A stretch of 64,000 nt of DNA from an uncultured Bacteroidales bacterium (GTDB taxonomy: Bacteria; Bacteroidota; Bacteroidia; Bacteroidales; VadinHA17), in NCBI GenBank assembly GCA_963846335.1, contig CAWJVS010000016.1, forward strand, positions 128,746 to 192,745. The letters run 5' to 3'. The position numbers and the translations under genes are program-made. Numbering within the stretch: the first letter of the stretch is position 1; each line of letters opens with the position of its first letter. The notes beneath the pieces were generated by a model. The model saw only the letters and a list, made by a program, of their open reading frames with translations. It ran no database searches and had not been told where the DNA came from. Shown piece after piece: positions 17,781 through 28,972 of this stretch.

Positions 17781-20208
17781 TTAATTGTTATAAACTATCT
17801 CAAGTATATCATCTTTTTTCAGTTCTATTCCGGCTATGTCGGCTTTTATCATTTCAGGTTTAAAAATAATTCCGTTCTTAAGAAACTTCACGTTTGCCGG
17901 ATCGGGAATTTTAATTTTGTATGAGTTATTCATTTCAGCATGCAATGATGCTCTCACAATCTTCATATCTGCCCAGCGGACACTGGCTGTTGCATCACCC
18001 CTTACACAAAGTCCCTTGTAATAGCCTGTTTTCCATTCTGAAGGCAAGGCAGGCAGAAATTCTATATAATCCTCGTGGCTCTGAATCAGCATCTCTGCAA
18101 TGCCAGAGGCTGCCGCTTCATTTCCGTCAAGGACGAATATGTCATAATTAGCTCCGGCAATACCGGCAACAGAGATTGTAAGTAAGTTTTCCCTGGTTAA
18201 ATTTTTGAGCAGGATATTTATGCTGTTCAAAGCTTTTTCCGGTTCTTTCAGCCTTGCAAAGAAATTAATCATATTGGCCCTGCTCCATTCAACATCTTCC
18301 CATCCGGGTGCATCGAGCCTGTATTGTATAGTTTTAGCAGCTGCTCTGGCCAATTCAGGCGTTTTTTCGGGGGAAATCTGGGAATAAGGATATAAGGCTG
18401 TCAAATGAGTTGTATGACGATGATTTGGAATTGCTTTTTCATAGTCATAAAACCATTCCTGGATCTCTCCTGTTTTCCCGATCTTCAGAGGCGGAAGTTT
18501 ACTGACAGCTTTTTTCAGGGAACTTCTGAAGGCTTCATCAATATTAAGGATCTCTGAAGCTGAAATGCAGGAATTAAACAACTCATTAACAAATACTCTG
18601 TCGCATGTTGGCATCATAGACAGGGAAACTACATCTCCCTTATACCTGAATGAATTTTCCGGGGAGGTGCATGGCCCTGTCATTAAATAGCCGCTGCCCG
18701 GGTCAGTTACCATATAATCGAGAAAGAACTCTGCATTTTTTTTAAGGATTGGATAACCTTTAATTTTAAGGAATTCAATATTTCGTGTGAAGTTAAAATG
18801 CTCCCAAAGATGCAGAGCTATCCAGGTACCAGCAGTGGGAAATAAGCCCCATCCGGGCCACTCACCGGGAGCAGTATATCCCCAGACATTAGTTACAGTG
18901 TGGGCAACCCAACCAGGACTGCCATATACTTTGGCAGCGGTTTTTTCACCGGCTTCTGAGAGATATTGTACGAAGTTGAATAAGGGTGTATTGCATTCTG
19001 CAAGGTTAGTGACATTTGTCGCCCAGTAATTCTGCTGGGTGTTAATGTCGAGATGGTAGTCGCAGGTCCATGGCATATTTGCAGCGAGGTTATCATTCCA
19101 TAATCCTTGTAAATTGGCCGGGAGAGGTGAATTTTCCCTGGAGCATGATATGATAAGATATCTGTTATATTGGAGAAAAAGAGCGCACATCTGAGGATCG
19201 TTATTCCCTGCATTGTATTTCTCAAACCTCAGATCAGTTGGAAGATTATCACTTTCGCCTTTCCCAATCGAAATCTCAAACCGGTTAAATAAACTGCAAT
19301 AATCTTTTATATGGGCATCTCTTAATGCACTGTAGTTTTTTGATAGTGCACCATTAATTGTCTGTTTACATAATTCTTTAAATTCGGGATTATTATAGCT
19401 GGTTCTTATATCAACAATCAAAATAACTTCATCTGCATTGCTTATTAATAAAGATTTCTCTTTATGACGCGACAGTACCACCCGAAACAGAATAATTTAC
19501 TATTCCCGTAAAATCGACACCCCCTTGGCTAAAGTCGGGGAATCCTTTTACTTTCAATGTTGATGTGGCTTTCCCTGTAAATTCAAGCTGATCCTTCGCC
19601 TGGTTGACCGAAGATTTACCAAGCAAATCAAGCGATAGGGCACAGCTGATTGATTTGCTTTTATCCGCTGTTACTCTTATAGCAAATATCCCATCAGGAT
19701 TTGAGCAGAAATATTCCCGTTTGTAGGTTACGCCCCCACTTTTAAATGAAACTGTTGTTATGGCATTTTCAAGATTAAGTTCACGCATGTATTCTGTAAC
19801 TTTCTTCTCATCAAAATTGAATTTCAGATTCAGGTCGCCGACAGGCAGATGTGTTCCAAAAGTATTTGGTTTTCCTGACAGGTATTTTTGAGCTGAATCA
19901 TTTCCTTCCTTGATTCTTCCATCGAAAAATAATTTCCGTATTTCGGCCAGTTTTTCTTTCCCGCAGGGTAGTTCCTGATCGGGGTCAGGCTGACCCGCCC
20001 ACATTGTTATCTCATTCAATGCTACACGGTCATTGTTTATTCCTCCGAAAATCATTGCCCCCAGACGTCCATTTCCAACAGGAGTCGCTTGCATCCATTC
20101 TTTCGCTGGCTGCCTGTACCAGAGTTTCAATACAGGCTTTCCGGTCTCAGTACCCGCAAATGCTGATATATTGAGTAGTATTAATGCATTAATCCAAAGC
20201 ACCTTCAT
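17781..20208 (-). pseudogene. GH95 alpha-L-fucosidase, one frameshift near 19462-19481 as assembled
   Basis: N-terminal ORF (WYRQPAKEWMQATPVGNGRLGAMIFGG, EITMWAG) and C-terminal ORF (LQGLWND, WHLDINTQQNYW-type CDYHLDINTQQNYWAT) overlap by 20 nt in different frames. The signal-peptide Met is at 20208. Confidence 0.85.
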
Positions 20209-20416
20209 TAATGAGGTATATTTATGGTCTGTAAGCAACAGTTAAAATTAGAATATTATTTTACATCTGATACTGTTAAAATAAATTCAAAGTCTGACAA
20301 TAATCACCTTCCTGTTACCTGGAAATAATAACTTTGTTGAATGACTTTTTAAACACCACTTGTATCTCATATTTGAAGAGTTCTTAATGTTTAATGATCA
20401 AAAATTTCTGTAATTT

Positions 20417-21484
20417 ATGAAGCATGCATCCCTTTGCCTTTTCATTATAGTAAGTCTGTTGTCATGCAGAAATGACGAAGGAAAAAAAACTGCAAACCTT
20501 TCCGTAACGGATAAACAATTAATTGACACCGCCGATATGACCAATAATTTTTATGATAATACGGAAACATTTTTACTACCGCTTAAAGATTTGATTATTG
20601 AGGGGGAGATAACCAATCCTGGTAAAGTTGATTTTACAAAGCTTGAAAAGCATTCTGTAATTGTGAAGGAGGCTTTGCTGGACAGTTCCGGTTCGGACAG
20701 GTTTATCGGAGCATACAGGTATGATGGCTATTCGCTTTTCGATATCCTGAATGAAAGAATTCTTAATAAAGCAAACAATTCGGAGTTTAAGCCAATAATA
20801 GATCTTTATATTGAAATAGAAAATGACCAGGGCCAGAAGGTTGTTTTCAGCTGGGGGGAGATCTATTATCCTAACAACCTTCATCGGATTATAATTGCTT
20901 CCGGCGTGTCAAGGATAGTACCTTCGAAAACAAAAGACCTTTGGCCGCTTCCCTCCGAAAGTAAGATAGTTGCAGGAAACGACCTCGTAACAGAGAGGAA
21001 CATGTTATCCCCGGTAAAAATATCGGTAAAATCATACCCTCTTTCGTTTAAGGTTGACAGGAATCTGGCTGATATGAACTCCACTGACATAAGTATTTTT
21101 AAGGCCTCAGTGAAGACAGACGTTATTAATACATTACCGGAGAGCATCAGTGTTCAGACTTTCAATACAATATTTTATGGACGCGGAAGGGGGATCCACA
21201 GTACTACTCCATTTACAGGGATCCTTTTAAAGGATCTCATGATTAGTTACTATCCTTCCGACAGGGAGAATCTGCAAAAAGGTATTCTGTGTCTGGCTGG
21301 AATAGATGGTTACAGGTGCGCTTTTTCCTATTCGGAAATTTTTAACAGAAATGACCAGCAGGAATTCCTTCTCGTCAGAACGAAACAAGGAGAAGAGGGT
21401 GGAGAGTTCAGGGTTTTTGCAGCCTGTGACTTTTTTTCTGACAGGGCAGTTAAGTCATTGAGCGAGATTCATCTGGGTTTCTGA
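20417..21484 (+). CDS. Hypothetical lipoprotein with two internally similar halves
   Basis: Lipoprotein signal MKHASLCLFIIVSLLSC. Both halves carry a G(A/I)..DGY...FS..EI pattern reminiscent of molybdopterin-oxidoreductase-like folds, but this is a weak recognition. Confidence 0.5.
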   Translation: MKHASLCLFIIVSLLSCRNDEGKKTANLSVTDKQLIDTADMTNNFYDNTETFLLPLKDLIIEGEITNPGKVDFTKLEKHSVIVKEALLDSSGSDRFIGAYRYDGYSLFDILNERILNKANNSEFKPIIDLYIEIENDQGQKVVFSWGEIYYPNNLHRIIIASGVSRIVPSKTKDLWPLPSESKIVAGNDLVTERNMLSPVKISVKSYPLSFKVDRNLADMNSTDISIFKASVKTDVINTLPESISVQTFNTIFYGRGRGIHSTTPFTGILLKDLMISYYPSDRENLQKGILCLAGIDGYRCAFSYSEIFNRNDQQEFLLVRTKQGEEGGEFRVFAACDFFSDRAVKSLSEIHLGF

Positions 21485-21509
21485 ATCCCTGACAATCCCC
21501 GAGGTCCTC

Positions 21510-24500
21510 TCAGTCATGACTGACTACACACACTTTCACAGGTCCTATCAGTCCCGATCTTATGCTGCCCCTGTACCTTGTAGGAATAGCTATGTAGTTG
21601 TTTGCAAGAGTATTATAAATCAGTACTTCAATGTCGTTTTTACCTTCCCTGACATAACCGGATATATCGAATGTCCATGGAGGCGACAGCTTTATACCGG
21701 CACTTTTCCCATTTACAAACAGTTCAGCCGAAGATACAAGGTCTCCAAGATCAATCTCAATATTGTTTTTTAAATCATTGGTATCAAGAGTAATGGTCTT
21801 CCTGTACCAGGCCCCTCCTGAATAGGATTTTAGACCATCAATTTCCGACCAGTCGCCGGGACTTATTTCACCTTTTCCGCAGATCTGCCTGATATATTGA
21901 GGAATCGAAGCTCCTCCATTATACCCCGGTTTATATTCATTCTTAATGACAACCTGCGAGACTCCAGGTTTCTGGTTATTTGCAGTAACTGTATACTCTG
22001 TCAAACCATCCGCATCGGTTTTCCCGGCTATTTCTTCTACCATTATTCCGTCTATCCAGACTTCCACTTTTCCATAAGCTGAAAATTCCAGAGATTTGAG
22101 GCCAGGAGCTGATATAAACCCAAAAAGTCCGCTTTTTATTCTGCCTGACAAATAATCAAAAGGCAGAACTCCATAATCTCTAAACCAGCTCATTGAAACA
22201 GGCTGTTTTTTAGGCCGGGGCGTGCCCGGTTTCCGGCAGATAAGGTATGTTTCACAGGCTTTATCGTACACCATCAAAACCTTATTTGAACCTTTCTGTA
22301 AATGAATCTCATTGCTGCTTGTATTTGTTTTTGAGTTGTTTATATAAAGAGTAACAGGCTTGACTTCGCCTGTCAGAAGTTCAAAGTAACCCTCTTCAGG
22401 AGCTATTATAGTTGTCAGAAGAATATAGTAATTTCCTTCAGCCTCTGGGACCCTTTTCAAGGACATTTTGCTATCCTCCAATGCTCCAAGACGGATAAAA
22501 TTATCGTACATCTCACCTTTCAGACCGTGATATCCCTGGTGGCCATAATCTCCCTCGACACCAATCTGCCAGGAAAAAGAGTAATCAATCCAGGTGTATT
22601 TTTTACCGTAAATCAATACTTCTTCCCCTGCCTTTTTTGCAGAGATATTTTGTATCTCCTGGTCTGATGGTAACTGAGATAAAGGTCCGAGTTTAATAAA
22701 CTGTGGACCAAATCCGCATGTTATCCTTTTCCACGAATCATCGAAACTGACCTTCTCACCGGAGTATTCTTCACTATCGGATAAAAATAACTCTCTTACC
22801 TCAGTACCTGTTAACCGGTCGGATGCCGGCAGTTCAAAATCACCCCACCTGTTGTCAAGTGACGGTTTCAATTCAAATTCCCATTTGTTATCGAGCGCAT
22901 ATTCTTTTATAATTTTTTTACGGGGAAATTTAACTCCTGAGCCCGGGTCTTCCGGATCAAAGATAATTATCTGTATTTCTTTGGATGTCAGTGGCAATGT
23001 TATTTCCGTGCCTTCTTTTGTTTGCACCGCATAGGCTGATAATGATGAGATATCACCATTCCACGGGTTCCAGAGCTGTACACTTCCCTTCGACCTGAAA
23101 AAACACCTGGTCCCTTGCGGGAAATTGTACAAAGCATAAACGTCCCGTCTGCCGATAATACGATGCATTACATAAGCTCTCTCTTTGATTGTGGTTATGA
23201 TTCTGAAGCCGGCATCATATCTTCCTTCGATTGCAGCCGGGACATCCCTTGCTTCAGTGCACTGAATCATATTCCTGTCGGAAGAAAAGATATTGGTTAT
23301 CAGAATAGTGGTTTGAAGATCATTTATTCCGGTTTTGTCATTAGCTTCCGGCCTGGCGCCGATATTTACCACTATTCCGCCGGCATCCTTGAATTCTTCA
23401 ATTTTTTTGAGCGAGCTGTAACGAATAGCCTTCATTGAAGGAACAATAAGCACTTTATATCTCTCATCAGCAACATTCAATTCACCATTTTTAACCTCTG
23501 ATCTGGAAAGTGATCCGAAATCAATGAAATCAAAGTCTATTCCTTTACTGTATAATAATTCTCCTGTCTCAAAGGCAATGTTTACAGATTTTTCACCATC
23601 CATTTCTGCTACAACTGGTTCGGTAGGATAGATTATTGCAACGTCGCAATTATGATAGCCTTGCGACAACAGGTAGGAGAGACGCTCAATATATCCCATG
23701 AGCGGATCGATCTGTTTCCAGTATGGCATCCTGAAATGGTTGTCGGGCGGTGCCCATTCCCACCAGCCTCCCATAGTTGAATAATACAGACCATGAAATG
23801 ACAGGAGATTGTACCCCGCAACAAAGTTTGCAGAAATAGCCTCGGTTACATCAGCGGATGATGTACCCCAACCGCTGCTGTGAAAACCCTCCAGCCACAC
23901 CCTGGGTCTTTTATACAGATGAGCAATAGATGAGGCAACTTTTGCCTTTATAATATCCTTTGAAAGCCCTGGCTGATCCGATCCCGGTCCCTGATTCCAT
24001 CTCTGCGTCCTGAAATAGTCCCCAAATTCTGTAACATCTCTGCCTCTTCCGCCGTGATCACAGCCAAAGGTCATTCCCCTTTCCTCATGCCACTTGTAAA
24101 CTGGTGCAAAAAAATTCTCTTCACTCAGACTAACAATTACATCATTGTAGTCCAGTCTTATTTTTGGAGTAATCGGATCAACATTAAAGAACAGTGCATC
24201 CAGCCAGGGGATAATGTCATACCCTTTCCGTATTTTGAATTCCTCTGCAAATCGGCTGTTCCATAGATTTCCGCTTAATCTGAAATTAAGCTCATCGGAA
24301 AAGAAGAAATTAAGCCTTCCTGATCCTTTGTCGGGCAATGCCTCCTCGAATTTATCAAAGAAATAGCGGTTATAAGCCTGCCCGCTTTGAGGATGCATCG
24401 GATCATATGAGGGAAACACTTTTTCAGGGAATACACAAATTACTTTCCAGGCAGACCGGCCAAAGTTCCAATCCAGTTTTCCCTTTTTTACAACAGGCAG

Positions 24501-25100
24501 CAGGTTTTTCCTGGTTTCAGAAATAATTGAACTGTCAGCCGCGATCTTATAGGCATTAAGGGACAGCATGTTTTCCGGCATTTGCCGGCTGCCCCTGCCT
24601 GAGAAGATATATGTAACGCATTTCAGAAGTGAACCGTTCAGGTCAGGAATGTCTTGTATCGCTTCATCCATTGAATATCCCTGTCCAACACCTATTGTGT
24701 AGTCACTCAGACTAACTGTCATGTCACGTTTTTCGGTTTCAGCAGAAAACCATTTGAACAGATCCCACCATGCTTTGGAGAATAATGGAGGTTTGCTTGG
24801 ATTGGATAGCCCATATGTCAGGCCGCCGGAGTCCCGGTGGGAGTAATTGATCTGCAGGCTGGATATGCCTTTGTTCGTCAGCTGATCAAGTTGCCACAGA
24901 ATCCGTTCCCTGGTAAGAGTGTCACCCTGCCACCAGTAGAACGGAACTTCGCCATAACCTTTGGGTGGGTTTGTGAAGCCCGGCAGGACATCAAATGAAG
25001 GATTTCGGGAAGGGTAATCAGGAGCCAACCCCTGTTGTGCTGATAACTGAATTGAAATCAGCAGAAGAACAAAGTGATAATATTTAACATTTTTATTCAT
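21510..25100 (-). CDS. Large secreted glycoside hydrolase-like protein with C-terminal GH2-type sugar-binding jelly-roll domain
   Basis: 1196-aa ORF with a signal peptide. The N-terminus (PKGYGEVPFYWWQGD.LTRERILWQLDQL) is typical of glycosylhydrolase-like jelly-roll proteins. The C-terminus has GGAWYRKTITL...AELFVNGKSAG...FDISGYVREGKNDIEV. Confidence 0.55.
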   Translation of the reverse strand: MNKNVKYYHFVLLLISIQLSAQQGLAPDYPSRNPSFDVLPGFTNPPKGYGEVPFYWWQGDTLTRERILWQLDQLTNKGISSLQINYSHRDSGGLTYGLSNPSKPPLFSKAWWDLFKWFSAETEKRDMTVSLSDYTIGVGQGYSMDEAIQDIPDLNGSLLKCVTYIFSGRGSRQMPENMLSLNAYKIAADSSIISETRKNLLPVVKKGKLDWNFGRSAWKVICVFPEKVFPSYDPMHPQSGQAYNRYFFDKFEEALPDKGSGRLNFFFSDELNFRLSGNLWNSRFAEEFKIRKGYDIIPWLDALFFNVDPITPKIRLDYNDVIVSLSEENFFAPVYKWHEERGMTFGCDHGGRGRDVTEFGDYFRTQRWNQGPGSDQPGLSKDIIKAKVASSIAHLYKRPRVWLEGFHSSGWGTSSADVTEAISANFVAGYNLLSFHGLYYSTMGGWWEWAPPDNHFRMPYWKQIDPLMGYIERLSYLLSQGYHNCDVAIIYPTEPVVAEMDGEKSVNIAFETGELLYSKGIDFDFIDFGSLSRSEVKNGELNVADERYKVLIVPSMKAIRYSSLKKIEEFKDAGGIVVNIGARPEANDKTGINDLQTTILITNIFSSDRNMIQCTEARDVPAAIEGRYDAGFRIITTIKERAYVMHRIIGRRDVYALYNFPQGTRCFFRSKGSVQLWNPWNGDISSLSAYAVQTKEGTEITLPLTSKEIQIIIFDPEDPGSGVKFPRKKIIKEYALDNKWEFELKPSLDNRWGDFELPASDRLTGTEVRELFLSDSEEYSGEKVSFDDSWKRITCGFGPQFIKLGPLSQLPSDQEIQNISAKKAGEEVLIYGKKYTWIDYSFSWQIGVEGDYGHQGYHGLKGEMYDNFIRLGALEDSKMSLKRVPEAEGNYYILLTTIIAPEEGYFELLTGEVKPVTLYINNSKTNTSSNEIHLQKGSNKVLMVYDKACETYLICRKPGTPRPKKQPVSMSWFRDYGVLPFDYLSGRIKSGLFGFISAPGLKSLEFSAYGKVEVWIDGIMVEEIAGKTDADGLTEYTVTANNQKPGVSQVVIKNEYKPGYNGGASIPQYIRQICGKGEISPGDWSEIDGLKSYSGGAWYRKTITLDTNDLKNNIEIDLGDLVSSAELFVNGKSAGIKLSPPWTFDISGYVREGKNDIEVLIYNTLANNYIAIPTRYRGSIRSGLIGPVKVCVVSHD

Positions 25101-25179
25101 AATCTGGCTATCACTTAATATAATTTTTCTTTAATACTAAGTTAAAAGTACGAATTTGAATCTGAAATTTATGTAAATC

Positions 25180-25277
25180 AAACTATGTAACACAATCTAT
25201 GTAACGTAAACTATGTAACATAAACTATGGAACATATACTATGTAACATAAACTATGTAATGTAACTTATTTAACAT
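25180..25277. repeat. Seven tandem copies of a 14-bp unit (AAACTATGTAACAT consensus)
   Basis: Read directly from the sequence. It lies in the divergent spacer between the 1196-aa glycosidase (start 25100, minus) and GntP (start 25363, plus). Confidence 0.9.
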
Positions 25278-25362
25278 AACTTCATATTCCAATCCTCAGG
25301 ATGTAATCATTTCCCCATGATGTTTTTATTATATTTGCCACTGACCATTTTAATAATTCTCC

Positions 25363-26682
25363 ATGCCATTAATAATCGTCATCTGCGGAATTTGTCTTTT
25401 CCTGCTGCTTATACTGGTATTAAAGTTAAATCCTTTTTTGTCATTTATCATTGTCTCACTGTCAGTTGCCATTGCCGTCGGAATGCCTGTCGACAAGGCT
25501 GTAGCTTCAATCGAGAAGGGCATTGGAAGTACAATGGGAATAATTGTTCCTATACTGGGTTTTGGCGCCATGCTTGGCAAGATGGTTTCTGAGAGCGGTG
25601 CCGCCCAAAGAATAACTTCAAGGTTAGTAAGTAACCTGGGCACCAAAAACATACAATCCTCCCTGATGTTGGCAGGATTTATTATCGGGATCGCACTTTT
25701 TTACGAAATCGGCTTTTTCATCATGATTCCGCTGGTATTTACGATAGCTGCTTCCACAGGTCTCTCGCTGCTTTATGTTGGACTGCCAATGCTGGCATCT
25801 CTTTCTGTCACCCATGGGTTTCTCCCTCCTCATCCCGCACCCACTGCTTTAACTGCAATGTTCAATGCCGATTTGGGTAAAACATTACTTTATGGACTGG
25901 CAATTGCTGTGCCTACAATACTTGTCTCCGGACCATTTCTTGCCAGATGGCTCAGCAGGGTAAATGCAAAACCATTAACTGAGTTTGTAAATCAGAAAGC
26001 TTTATCTGAAGAAGAGATGCCTGGCTTTTGGACCAGTTTGCTTTCTGCACTTCTGCCTGTCATCCTGATCACATCTTCAACAATTGCCGGGTTTATTCTG
26101 CCTGAAGAGAGTATTGTAAGAAAAATTCTCGGATCCATTGGAAATCCTGTAATAGCCATGCTCATATCTGTCCTGTCGGCTATTTATTTTCTGGGTTTGG
26201 CGAGGGGAAAGAATATGACCGGAATTATGAAATCATTGTCTCATTCTGTTGTAAGTATAGCAATGATCATGCTGCTGATTTCCGGTGCCGGTTCACTTAA
26301 ACAGGTTCTTGTCGATGGAGGAGTAAGCAATTATATTGGTGGACTTCTGAGTCATTCCGTGCTTTCGCCCTTATTCCTGGGGTGGCTTATTGCTGCTGTA
26401 CTGCGTATATGCATAGGTTCTGCAACTGTATCTGGTTTGACAGCTGCGGGCATAGTGTTGCCGCTTGTAACCGGAACAGCCGTTAACCCTGAGCTGATGG
26501 TTCTTGCGGTCGGCTCCGGCAGCCTGATATGCAGTCATGTTAATGATTCAGGTTTCTGGCTGTTTAAAGAGTATTTCAATCTGAGCATTAAAGATACCCT
26601 CAGGACATGGACTATAATGGAGACTTCAATAGGTCTCACAGGATTGGGTGGTGTAATGGTTCTGAGTCTGTTTGTGAAATAA
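25363..26682 (+). CDS. GntP-family permease (intact paralogue)
   Basis: 439-aa polytopic membrane ORF. Motifs IEKGIGSTMG, GFLPPHPAPT and SHVNDSGFW are shared with the gene at 7666..8998. Confidence 0.85.
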   Translation: MPLIIVICGICLFLLLILVLKLNPFLSFIIVSLSVAIAVGMPVDKAVASIEKGIGSTMGIIVPILGFGAMLGKMVSESGAAQRITSRLVSNLGTKNIQSSLMLAGFIIGIALFYEIGFFIMIPLVFTIAASTGLSLLYVGLPMLASLSVTHGFLPPHPAPTALTAMFNADLGKTLLYGLAIAVPTILVSGPFLARWLSRVNAKPLTEFVNQKALSEEEMPGFWTSLLSALLPVILITSSTIAGFILPEESIVRKILGSIGNPVIAMLISVLSAIYFLGLARGKNMTGIMKSLSHSVVSIAMIMLLISGAGSLKQVLVDGGVSNYIGGLLSHSVLSPLFLGWLIAAVLRICIGSATVSGLTAAGIVLPLVTGTAVNPELMVLAVGSGSLICSHVNDSGFWLFKEYFNLSIKDTLRTWTIMETSIGLTGLGGVMVLSLFVK

Positions 26683-26693
26683 TTTATTAAACT

Positions 26694-28097
26694 ATGAAAA
26701 TAAAATTTATAGGTGCTGCCAGAGAGGTAACAGGAAGTAAACATCTGATAACTACAACCAGCGGAAAAAGGATGCTTCTGGATTGCGGGATGTTCCAGGG
26801 TAAGGGGCTCGAAACAGACAGCATGAACCGTGACCTTATGTTTGATCCCTCCATGGTGGATCATATTATTCTTACACATGCACATATTGACCATGCAGGA
26901 CTGATACCTTATATGTATAAAATGGGTTTCAGGGGATCTGTGATCTGTTCTAACGCAACCAGGGATCTTTGTGCTATTATGCTTGCTCGATTCAGCTTTC
27001 ATCCAGGAGCATGATACTCTCACTTTCAATAAACGAAGGGCAAAAAAAGGGCTGCCCCTGGTAACACCGATTTATACCCAGGAGGATGCGAAGGCCTGCA
27101 TGGGTCTGTTTATTGGTGTGCCAAATAATATGAAATTCAGAATTGATGAAAATATAAAGGTTAAATTCACCAATACCGGTCATATGCTGGGAAGCGGGGT
27201 AGCAAATATTCAGATAATGGAAAATGGCCAGATTAGAAGGATAGCCTATACCGGGGATATCGGCAGGCCGGCTGATCCTATACTTGCTTCACCCCAGCCA
27301 TTTCCCCAGGCTGATATCCTTATTACTGAATCAACCTATGGCGACAGATTGCATAAGGATGCAGAGGCAGCTGAAGAGGAGCTCCTGAGCATTGTTGTGG
27401 ATACTTGTGTCAATAAGGGAGGTAAGCTTATCATTCCTGCATTCAGTGTCGGCCGTACACAGGAAATAGTGTATGCACTGAATAACTTTTTTAACCAGGG
27501 AAGGCTTCCTGAAATTGATATTTATGTCGACAGCCCGCTTGCAGTAAATGCAACTACTGTCTTCAGAATGCATCCTGAATGCTTCAATGAAGAGATTCTG
27601 CAAGGTGCTGGAAAGCGACCATGATCCATTTGGTTTTGACCAATCTGTTTTATATAACCCGGCAGGAAGATTCAAAGAGGCTGAATGATCATAAAAAACC
27701 CTGTGTAATAATTTCTGCTTCAGGTATGATGGAAGCCGGCCGCGTAAAGCATCACCTTGCAAACAATATCTCTGATCCTAAAAATACTGTTCTTGTCGTC
27801 GGATATTGTGCGCCGTCAACTCTGGGCGCAAGAATTGTACGAGGAGATAAAGAAGTTTCAATCCATGGAAATATTTATGAAGTAAAAGCAGAGGTAAAGA
27901 AAATAGAATCATTCAGCGGTCATGCAGATTATAGGGAAATGATCGGTTTCCTTGAATGTCAGGACAAAAGTGCTTTGGAAAAGACTTTTATTGTCCACGG
28001 CGAGTATGAAACTCAGAAGAAATATGTTGACAGACTTACCAGTGAGGGTTTTAAAAATGTTGAAATACCTGCAAGGGGACAGGAATATGAAATCTGA
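26694..28097 (+). pseudogene. MBL-fold beta-CASP RNA-metabolising hydrolase, three frameshifts (about 26985, 27600, 27640) as assembled
   Basis: HAHIDHAG metallo-beta-lactamase motif. ESTYGDR and GRTQE beta-CASP motifs. C-terminal SGHAD. The three track ORFs (26694, 26971, 27621) plus a short KVLESDHDPFGFD frame join into one protein. Confidence 0.8.
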
Positions 28098-28103
28098 AAA
28101 ATT

Positions 28104-28176
28104 TACCCCATCCCAGCCTTTCCCAGGGGGAAGGAGCTTATTATTTCCCTTGGGGGAAACAGGAAAGGGGTTAAAA
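28104..28176. repeat. G-rich REP-like element (copy B, itself an imperfect palindrome)
   Basis: The right half AGGGGGAAGGAGCTTATTATTTCCCTTGGGGGAAACAGGAAAGGGGTTAAAA aligns with 10859..10917. The left arm TTACCCCATCCCAGCCTTTCCC is its imperfect reverse complement. Confidence 0.7.
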
Positions 28177-28242
28177 GAATAAGATATAATTGCTTAAATA
28201 TTAATGGTTTAATAAATTTATTCATTTTTTATTTTCAAAATA

Positions 28243-28957
28243 ATGGGAAGAGCATTTGAATACAGACGGGCATCAAAGGAGAAGAGGTGGGACAAGATGT
28301 CTAAACTGTTTCCGAAACTGGCAAAGAATATAACGATTGCAGCCAAAGAGGGCGGATCTGATCCTGACCTTAATGCCAAGCTCAGGACTGCAATCATGAA
28401 TGCAAAGGCGCAGAATATGCCGAAAGACAATATTGAAGCAGCAATAAAACGTGCATCAGGAAAAGATTCTGAAAACTTCGCAGAGATCTGCTATGAAGGG
28501 AAGGGTCCTCATGGTGTTCTTGTTTTTGTTGAATGTGCAACAGATAATAACACCCGTACAGTAGCAAATATTAAATCATATTTTAATAAGTCAGGAGGAG
28601 GTATTGTGCCTACAGGATCACTTGAATTCATGTTTTCACAGGAAAGCAGTTTTTGAATTTGATCTTCCTGAGGATAAAAATATTGAAGATATTGAACTTG
28701 AACTTATTGAAGCAGGACTTGAGGAGATTGAAAAATATGATGGATATGGATTTATGTCTATGGCGATTATACAAATTTCGGCTCATTGTCACATGCTCTT
28801 GAAGATATGGGCATTAGAGGTAAAAAGGCTACTCTTAAAAGACTGCCGCTTAACCAGGTCGAGTTCACCGAGGAACAGCTTAACTGATATTGAAAAGCTT
28901 ATCGACAGAATCGAGGATGATGATGACGTCCAGGCTGTTTATACAAATATTGCATAG
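28243..28957 (+). pseudogene. yebC: YebC/PmpR-family transcriptional regulator, three frameshifts (about 28625, 28745, 28885) as assembled
   Basis: N-terminus [48 protein letters not shown]. The middle reads WIYVYGDYTNFGSLSHALEDMGI..KKATLKRLPLNQVEFTEEQLN in a third frame. The C-terminus is IEKLIDRIEDDDDVQAVYTNIA. Confidence 0.85.
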
Positions 28958-28972
28958 CAGCCAACAGTTGTC

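Noticed and set aside
25180-25277. Possible CRISPR array
   Set aside because: The units are 14 bp and directly abutting with no spacers. No cas genes or leader are present.
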